A stretch of 64,000 nt of DNA from Octopus sinensis (taxonomy: Eukaryota): the NCBI RefSeq assembly GCF_006345805.1, contig NC_043001.1:78864001-78928000 (forward strand), in the 5' to 3' direction. The translations under genes were made by a program, and so were the position numbers. Within the stretch, counting starts at the first letter, position 1. Every line of letters begins with the position of its first letter. Under the pieces are notes generated by a model. That model had not been told where the DNA came from, made no database searches, and was given only the letters and a program-made list of their open reading frames with translations. Positions 56,791-64,000 of the stretch are shown in pieces.

Positions 56791-56844
<54 letters not shown>

Positions 56845-57048
56845 TATTGTTGTTGTTGTTGTTGTTGTTTTCACGTTCTGAGTTCAAATTCCGCCGAGGT
56901 TAACTCTACCTTTGATTCTTTCGGGGTTGGTAAATGAAGTATCAGTGAAACACTGGGTCGATATAATCGACTAGTCACTACTCCGCAAATTTGAGGCATT
57001 GTGCCTCCAATAGAAAAGATTATTATTATTATTATTATATTATTATTA

Positions 57049-57090
<42 letters not shown>

Positions 57091-57310
57091 CATACAAGGA
57101 CACGATCTGGCACGATCGTTAACACGGCGGGCGAAATGCCTGGCGGTTTTTCGGCTGTGTTTACGCTCTGAGCTCAAATTCCACCGAGGTCGACTTTGCC
57201 CTTCATCCTTCCGGAGGTCGATCATTTAAGTACCAGTTGCTTACCGGGATCGATCTAATTGACTGACTACTTCCCGAAAAATTTCGGGCCTTGTGCCTTG
57301 AGTAGAAAAG
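56640..57310 (+). mobile_element. Three SINE family A units separated by (ATT)n/(GTT)n arrays
   Basis: Cores at ~56675, ~56895 and ~57190; tails GCC..GTGCC..TAGAAAA run into (ATT)n. Confidence 0.85.
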
Positions 57311-57323
57311 GAATGAGGTAAAG

Positions 57324-57671
57324 CAGGGTTTCTTAACCATTTTCTATCTATGGAAGTCTTCGATTACTATTTTATTCTGGTGGACTCCCATACCCATTCA
57401 CTGTGTAAAAACTAGTTTTATAGATACTTCTTTCAAAATTTCTATTTCGTTAGTTCTACATTAATTTGAGAGGTTGAACTATGTAAAACATTAGAGAAAG
57501 AAATCTATCCGTTACTTACAATATATAACAATATATACATCTAAAGCAAAATTTCTTCAGACACTCCCAAATAACTATTGTGGAACTCCAATTTTCTATT
57601 TTATTGTGTGAACCCTACACAATCCTATATGGACCCTCAGTGGTCGTATGGAAAATGGTTGAGAACAACTG
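57324..57671. mobile_element. hAT-like MITE
   Basis: Terminal inverted repeats CAGGGTTTCTTAACCATTTT ... AAAATGGTTGAGAACAACTG around an AT-rich non-coding interior; 8-bp TSD not recognisable. Confidence 0.6.
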
Positions 57672-58217
57672 ATGGAACACGATATTTTTAAAGAACTGAA
57701 ACTGTCCATGGGAACGGCCCCAATATGTCGCGATATCATCGGAATATCGAGTAGATACCTTCTACTTGAGATGCCCTCTTTTTACGGGTTCTCAACGCTG
57801 TTTCAAAACTGAATATACTCTGTATTGCCGTAAATTATCTTTGATCTACCTAATATAAAAATTTAGATTTATATAAAGAAAACATACTTCTCAGTGACGC
57901 AAAATGTGCTCCTCACTTTGTGAGCGATGCATCGGATGAAAGCAAGTGGGTGTTGCTGAAATAATTGCTGAGAATCAAAGAAAAATTTAAATGCGACAAA
58001 AACGACAGGCTCTGATCAACATTACATCATTTGTTTACGATTTATCTTCAGCACAACTGGTAACGCCCATGATCTCTTATCCAGTCACATGTACATCTGT
58101 CATATATATAAGCAAGTATATATATATATACTCGGAAATAGATACATCGCGTAAAATTGAATAATAATAAATAATAATAATATATAATATAATATATATA
58201 TTATACTATTTAATATT

Positions 58218-58248
<31 letters not shown>

Positions 58249-58299
58249 TATTCCCGTTATATATATATAGATATATACATACATATATATACATATATA

Positions 58300-58625
58300 A
58301 ACAGTGGCTTGAGCATGAGGTTTACAAACGGGAGGTTGTGAGCTCGATTCCCGGACCGGATTGTGTGTTTTGTTCTTGAGCGAGACAGTTCATTTGACGT
58401 TGCTTCAATTCACTTGGCTGTAGAAATGAGTTGCGACGTCAAAAGTACCAAGCCCTATTGGCCTTTGCTTTTCCCTTGGATAACATCAGTGGTGTGTAGG
58501 AGGAGGCTGGTATGCATGGGTGACTGCTGTTCTTCGATAAACAACTTTGCCCGGCCTTGTGCCTTTCTATGCAGTCCCATGGTCCTATGTGAACGAAGGG
58601 GATCTTTACTCGATAACTGCAACGA
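58300..58625 (+). mobile_element. SINE family C variant
   Basis: GAGCTCGATTCCCGGACCG...TTGTTCTTGAGCGAGACA...CTGTAGAAATGAGTTGCGACG. Confidence 0.7.
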
Positions 58626-58897
58626 ACACAACATTAAAAGCAACCGGTATCGGTGCCATAGTAGACGTATACACACGGTAAGAATGCATCATGTAGTGGA
58701 ATTGTTTCTGGTCAAAATATTTTCGTTGACAACATAAAACAAGCTTAGGAAGTTTCATCTTCGACAATTCCACAATATCTTGCCTTATTAAAGGTTATAT
58801 ACATTTGGTATGATGCACAGATCGTCCTCTTCATAAATAAACACTCTTATACATACACACAGTGACATGCGTACATAAATATATATATATATATATT

Positions 58898-59004
<107 letters not shown>

Positions 59005-59185
59005 ATAGTTTATCCAAACATGAAAACACAAAGAGAAAACACAACAACGCTAGGACGTGGAACAAATATAGTATTATTGGACGCTCAGGAAGGAAGGGAA
59101 GAAGGCGGGTTTAACGTTTCGAGCGGGGCTCTTTGTCAGAAACATAGGAAAAGGGAAGATTCAGAGAAGGGAAGCCGGAGGAAAT
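59005..59185 (-). mobile_element. Penelope-like element terminal fragment abutting (TA)n
   Basis: Contains the minimal hammerhead motif typical of Penelope-like pseudo-LTRs; no ORF. Family call is inferred from that motif. Confidence 0.5.
59109..59143 (-). ncRNA. Minimal type I hammerhead ribozyme motif (probably inactivated, G8>A)
   Basis: Minus strand GTTT-CTGACAA-A-GAGC-CCC-GCTC-GAAA-CG-TT-AAAC: helix I GTTT/AAAC, CUGAnGA-like box, helix II GAGC/GCTC, GAAA, palindromic ACGT helix III. Confidence 0.6.
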
Positions 59186-59429
59186 ATACGTACATACATG
59201 CGTACAAACATACATACGTACAAACATAGACGCACATACATACACCTTACATACACACATAATGCATACACTCGCACATAATACATATATGCCTACTTAC
59301 AAGCATGTATGCTTGAATCCCCTTCGAAGACGATGTGTGAGTTTTCAGCTTTTGCTGAACGACTTGCACAAACGATTCGTTTATAGCGATATTATGTATT
59401 TGCTGTGCATTACTTCACTCCCGCCATCG

Positions 59430-59600
59430 AATCGACGTTACCGGAACCGGTGAACGTTGTGGATCAGATCATGTTTCAAAGTGATCGCAGAGCAGCGCGA
59501 AATGAAGTGGTTTGTGTAAGACCGCAACGCACCACCCGAACCAGTAACCGAACCCATGAGCACGTGATCGTGACTGCCAGACCCTAACCACTCGTCCATG
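59430..59600 (-). mobile_element. SINE family C-like head fragment
   Basis: AATGAAGTGGTTTGTGTAAGACC...CGAACCC..GACCCTAACCACT is a reverse-complement tRNA-like head and CORE-like block. Confidence 0.6.
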
Positions 59601-59880
59601 TGTCTCTGCATAGAGATATGCAATCATGCATGCATACATACATACATACATACATGCACATGCTCGAAATACGAGACTACAAAAACAGCGAACAACCGAT
59701 AAAGGGGCCTACTTTATGTTTTTTGTTTTGTTTTCCATGTGTCTTTCGTTGTTCGGAAGAATAGTTCAAATTTCATGTACTCGCGCTCAGTATTTGTTTG
59801 TTGTACACATTTCGGGACGTCCTGTGCGTACATATGCATGTATATGCGTATAGATATATGTACATGAATGAACGTATATA

Positions 59881-59942
<62 letters not shown>

Positions 59943-60554
59943 ATTAATATATATATTATTAATATATCATATGATTGAACACGCCAAGCATCCTCTTCCA
60001 AGTAAGTTTTATCTACGTACATACATAGATATGCATCCATGCACATATACATAACATATGCGTACACATAGTTCACTGTATAGGCTTTGTACTATGGTGA
60101 TTGTAACTTTTCATTTCAACTCACTTTCTCTGTATCATAGTCCCCGCGATCAGATAGATATTCCTAAGATCTCCAGTGCCCAAGAAGAATGCACTACTGA
60201 AAATCCGCACGCAATCTTCTAGATACAATGAAAACAGAAAATATTCCTACGGCACATAGCAAATAACTAGGTTTATCTGGCAACTTTCATTCACCTTCAG
60301 ATTGTACAAAACTTTTGTGATTCCGACGCTCTTTTTAGCTTACAGCTTCGGATAAGCGACTTCACCTAAAGGCCAGTACCAAGCGATTAACTATTCATCC
60401 CTGTAAACTATATCATGTTACTATTGTATCTTTGCAATCCCTATTTTGATATAGCTCTTTAGAGGACTGTGAGATGGTTGAATCGTAAGAGTCGTAATCA
60501 CGCCGCGTAAATTGCTTAATTGCTTAGTAAATTGCTTAGGTATTTCATCTGTAT

Positions 60555-61130
60555 AAGGCGGCGAGCTGGCAGAAACGTTAGCACGCCGGGCGAAATACGT
60601 AGCCGTATTTCGTCTTACGTTGTGAGTTCAAATTCTGCCGAGGTCAACTTTGCCTTTCATCCTTTCGGGGTCGATAAATTAAGTACCAGTTACGCACTGT
60701 GGTCGATGTAATCGACTTAATACCTATGTCTGTCCTTGTTTGTCCTCTCTATGTTTAGCCCTTTGTGGGTAATAAAGAAATAGGTATTTCGTCTGCCGTT
60801 ACGTTCTGAGTTCAAATTCCGCCAAGGTCGACTTTGCCTTTCATCCGTTCGGGGTCGATCAAATAAATACCAGTTACGCACTGGAATCGACGTAATCGAC
60901 TTAATCCGTTTGTCTGTCCTTGTTAGTCCCCTCTGTGTTTAGTACCTTGTGGGTAGTAAAGAAATTGGTATTTCATCCGTGTTTCCGTTCTGTGTTCAAA
61001 TCCGCCGGGGGTCGACTCTTGCCTTTCATTACTTTCAGAGTCGATAAAATAAGTGCCAGATGACGACTGGAGTCGATGTAATCGACTTAACTCCTTTCGA
61101 CGAAATTGCTGGCCTTGTGCCAGTATTTCC
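60555..61130 (+). mobile_element. SINE family A trimer: head+body+tailB / body+tailB / body+tailA
   Basis: Junctions AAAGAAAT(A/T)|GGTATTTC at 60783 and 60967 (184-bp period). Confidence 0.9.
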
Positions 61131-61165
61131 CGTTAGAAAACGAAATCACACCGCAACACTGGCGT

Positions 61166-61265
61166 NNNNNNNNNNNNNNNNNNNNNNNNNNNNNNNNNNN
61201 NNNNNNNNNNNNNNNNNNNNNNNNNNNNNNNNNNNNNNNNNNNNNNNNNNNNNNNNNNNNNNNNN
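61166..61265. other. Assembly gap (100 N)
   Basis: Run of exactly 100 N, typical of a placeholder gap of unknown size. Confidence 0.99.
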
Positions 61266-62874
61266 GTGAGGAATCTTTGGGCCATTTTGGTGATTTTTGC
61301 GTTTGGCAGATTGTTATCTGTTCCTCATAATCATGAAAGCCTGTGTGAGCGTGTGTATACAAATGTGAGTGCGAGTGTTTGTGCTTGTGTGTATATTTAT
61401 GTATGAGGTTGATTGCGTTCATGTCTGTCTCTATATGTGTGTATGTAAGTATTCATGTATGAAAGTACGATTGCATGAATTTATACTCATACCACATAAG
61501 CATATGTGTGTATATATAACTGTGTGTGTTATCTTTGTGTGTCTATGTATGTGTACGTATGTATGTAAGTATGCGTGTAGTATATATACATATGAACTTA
61601 TATATATATATGTGTGTATAGATATTACATATATATATATAATATATTATAATACTATATATATATGTATATCTAATCTATTATACATATACATACATAC
61701 AAATATATATATTATGTTGTATAATATATATATATGTTTGGGTATTTTGAATTATAAATATTAATGTTATATATATATACTATTATTATTTATACACCCT
61801 CAAACACACACACACATATACATACAAACATATATATATATATATCCACATATGTACATATGTGTGGGTATATATGTATGTATGTATTCAATTATGTATG
61901 TATATGTGTGTGCGTCTATGTATGCATGTGTATGGATATAGATGTATCCATACACATGCTTGAATATATGCATATACACACATTCATGCATTGGAAGTAA
62001 TGTTTATCTCGATATAAATACTTATATTCTGGTACGAATATTTGTGAATATTTATGTTTGCCCACACATATCTCCGCCAGTATTCAAACGCACGCATTTA
62101 CACACACCCACACTCACCCCCCACACTCACACACACATACACACAAACACACTTACACACACATACACACACACACACTTACACACGTACCCACATATAA
62201 ATGCAGTCACTCGCAAAGACACTCTTTTTAACGGAGTCGTAATCTTCTCAATTCATACGCATATACAAGCGCAATGCACGCACAAACCACCGAAACATTT
62301 ATATAATTTTGATTCCAGGAGCGACCACGTATTACTGAATTCTCTTTGATGAAAAATAGAACATAAATGGCTAAATGTGTTCGAGTGATATTTATCAGTA
62401 CATTACATTTGAAGAATAAATCCAGCTTTTCCGTGTTACTGCAGCATCGGCGTCTGATTTTGTGGGAGTTGTAATAGATGATAGAGTTTGCTAGGTTTGT
62501 GCCGATTAAAGGATGCGATATGGCGACTGATACTTTAAATGGGCGGCGATGCATATTAGCATGTAACCGCGCGTTTTATGTGGGGAACGATATAGCCATA
62601 CGTTACGTAGGATCTGGTGCCAAGGTTCATTTGGCATAGTTGATAATGGTAGAATATATCTATCTATTGCTTTTAGTTATAATTTTAAGGAAGCCACTGT
62701 GGTTAGATTGCAGATACGAATATATCGTAAACTACTAACAGTGATGTAATGATGGTACTTTGAAACAGAAGGCAGTGAATTTGTAGAATAATAAAAGCGT
62801 CAGATAGAAAGTATTTTAGTCTTTGTTTTAAATCTCTGCTATGTGTGTTCAGATCTCTTCGAGATTATAACTTT

Positions 62875-63310
62875 ACATTTTTTCTTTCAGTGAATAGACT
62901 GCGGCCATGTCAAGGAACCGCCTTGAAGACATTTACTAGAACGAATCAACCACAGTAATTATATTTTGTTTAGCCTTGTACATATTATATCATTCTCTTT
63001 TACTGAACCGCTACTTCACAGAGGCGTAAACACAAGAGCACCGGTTGCCAAGCAGTGGTGAGGAAAAACCACAGACACAAAGACACGGACAAACACACTC
63101 ACGCACACTCAAATGCAAACACAACCATACACAAACACATACGCACACATACACTCAAACATACGCATAAACAGACAGACTCATATATATATATATATGA
63201 CACGCTTCTTTCAGTTTCCGTCTACTAAATCCCCTTAGAAAGTTTTAGTTGGCCTTGGAGTATAACAGAAGACACTAGCCCAAATTGCCACGCAGTGAGA
63301 CTGAACTTGA
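62875..63310 (-). mobile_element. SINE family B
   Basis: TTTCAGTGAATAGACTGCGGCCATG...CTTCTTTCAGTTTCCGTCTACTAAAT...CCACGCAGTGAGACTGAAC. Confidence 0.8.
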
Positions 63311-63717
63311 GATCATGTGGGGTGAATAAAAATGTACCAATCATTACTGGGTTGATTCTTTTCTTTCTTTCCTCCTTTCTTTCTTCCGTTCTTTCTTTCT
63401 CTCTTCCTCTCTGACACACTCTCTCTCTCTTTCTCTCATTCTCTCTCGCTATCTATCAATTTCTCTCGCATCCCTCTTTTTCACATCTATGTCACCTTAT
63501 GTCGCCACACTGTCATTACTCTACCATTATACCACTACTACCACCATCGCTACCATTACACTATCACCACCACCCCTACAAGTGTATTCTACAATAATCA
63601 CGGAGTGACCAATGCCTTGTCAGAGGATTCGTAAAAAGTAATTGTGAAGAGACCCAATATATGCATGTATGTATGTATGTATGTATGTATGTATGTATGT
63701 ATGTAGGTATTTATAGG

Positions 63718-63774
<57 letters not shown>

Positions 63775-63776
<2 letters not shown>

Positions 63777-63950
63777 GTGACTGTGTTTGTCCCCAATCAT
63801 CGCTTGACAACCAATGCTCGTGTGATTACGTCCCCGTAACCTAGCAGTTCGGCAAAAAAGAACGATAGAGTAAGTACTAGTCCTACAAAGAATAAGTTCT
63901 GGAGTCGATTTGTTCGACGAAAGGCGGTGCTTCAGCATAAAAGTATAAAA
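63775..63950 (+). mobile_element. SINE family B, 3' half
   Basis: TGTGTTTGTCCCC...TTACGTCCCCGTAAC.TAGC.GTTCGGCAAAA...AAGGCGGTGCTTCAGCAT. Confidence 0.85.
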
Positions 63951-64000
63951 GAGTATATAATTGAGTTATAATGAGTGATTCGTAATTGTGACTTCATGGA

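Noticed and set aside
60100-60480. Possible additional LINE 3' relic on the minus strand
   Set aside because: Only one weak motif (FLGTGDLR) was found; too decayed to call.
60783-61100. CRISPR-like or satellite array
   Set aside because: The units are 184-bp SINE bodies with no repeat-spacer structure and no cas genes; the context is eukaryotic.

Overview
Repeat-saturated, AT-rich animal genomic DNA with no prokaryotic features, no CRISPR array and no intact long ORF. The SINE sequences and extreme microsatellite density are most consistent with an Octopus (coleoid cephalopod) genome; this is inference from recalled sequence, not a database result. Most listed ORFs are translations of microsatellites. 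Supported content: (i) about 25 copies of one tRNA-headed SINE, many in head-truncated tandem multimers, plus two other SINE families; (ii) at least seven fragments of restriction-like-endonuclease (RLE) non-LTR retrotransposons, repeatedly stacked in each other's (AAT)n tails; (iii) a decayed Ty3/Gypsy gag-pol relic with a nested mariner MITE; (iv) an RTE LINE with an inverted 5' part; (v) three Tc1/mariner transposase relics, a hAT-like MITE and a 524-bp foldback element; (vi) a Penelope-like fragment carrying a minimal hammerhead ribozyme motif; (vii) a 100-N assembly gap; and (viii) several weak candidate host exons that could not be identified. Best leads: (AAT)n-directed LINE stacking, and a SINE subfamily whose 3' end is repeatedly joined to GGTAT, both inside its own head and inside an unrelated LINE with an 11-bp target-site duplication. 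Coordinates and alignments were done by hand, so element edges are approximate (tens of bp).
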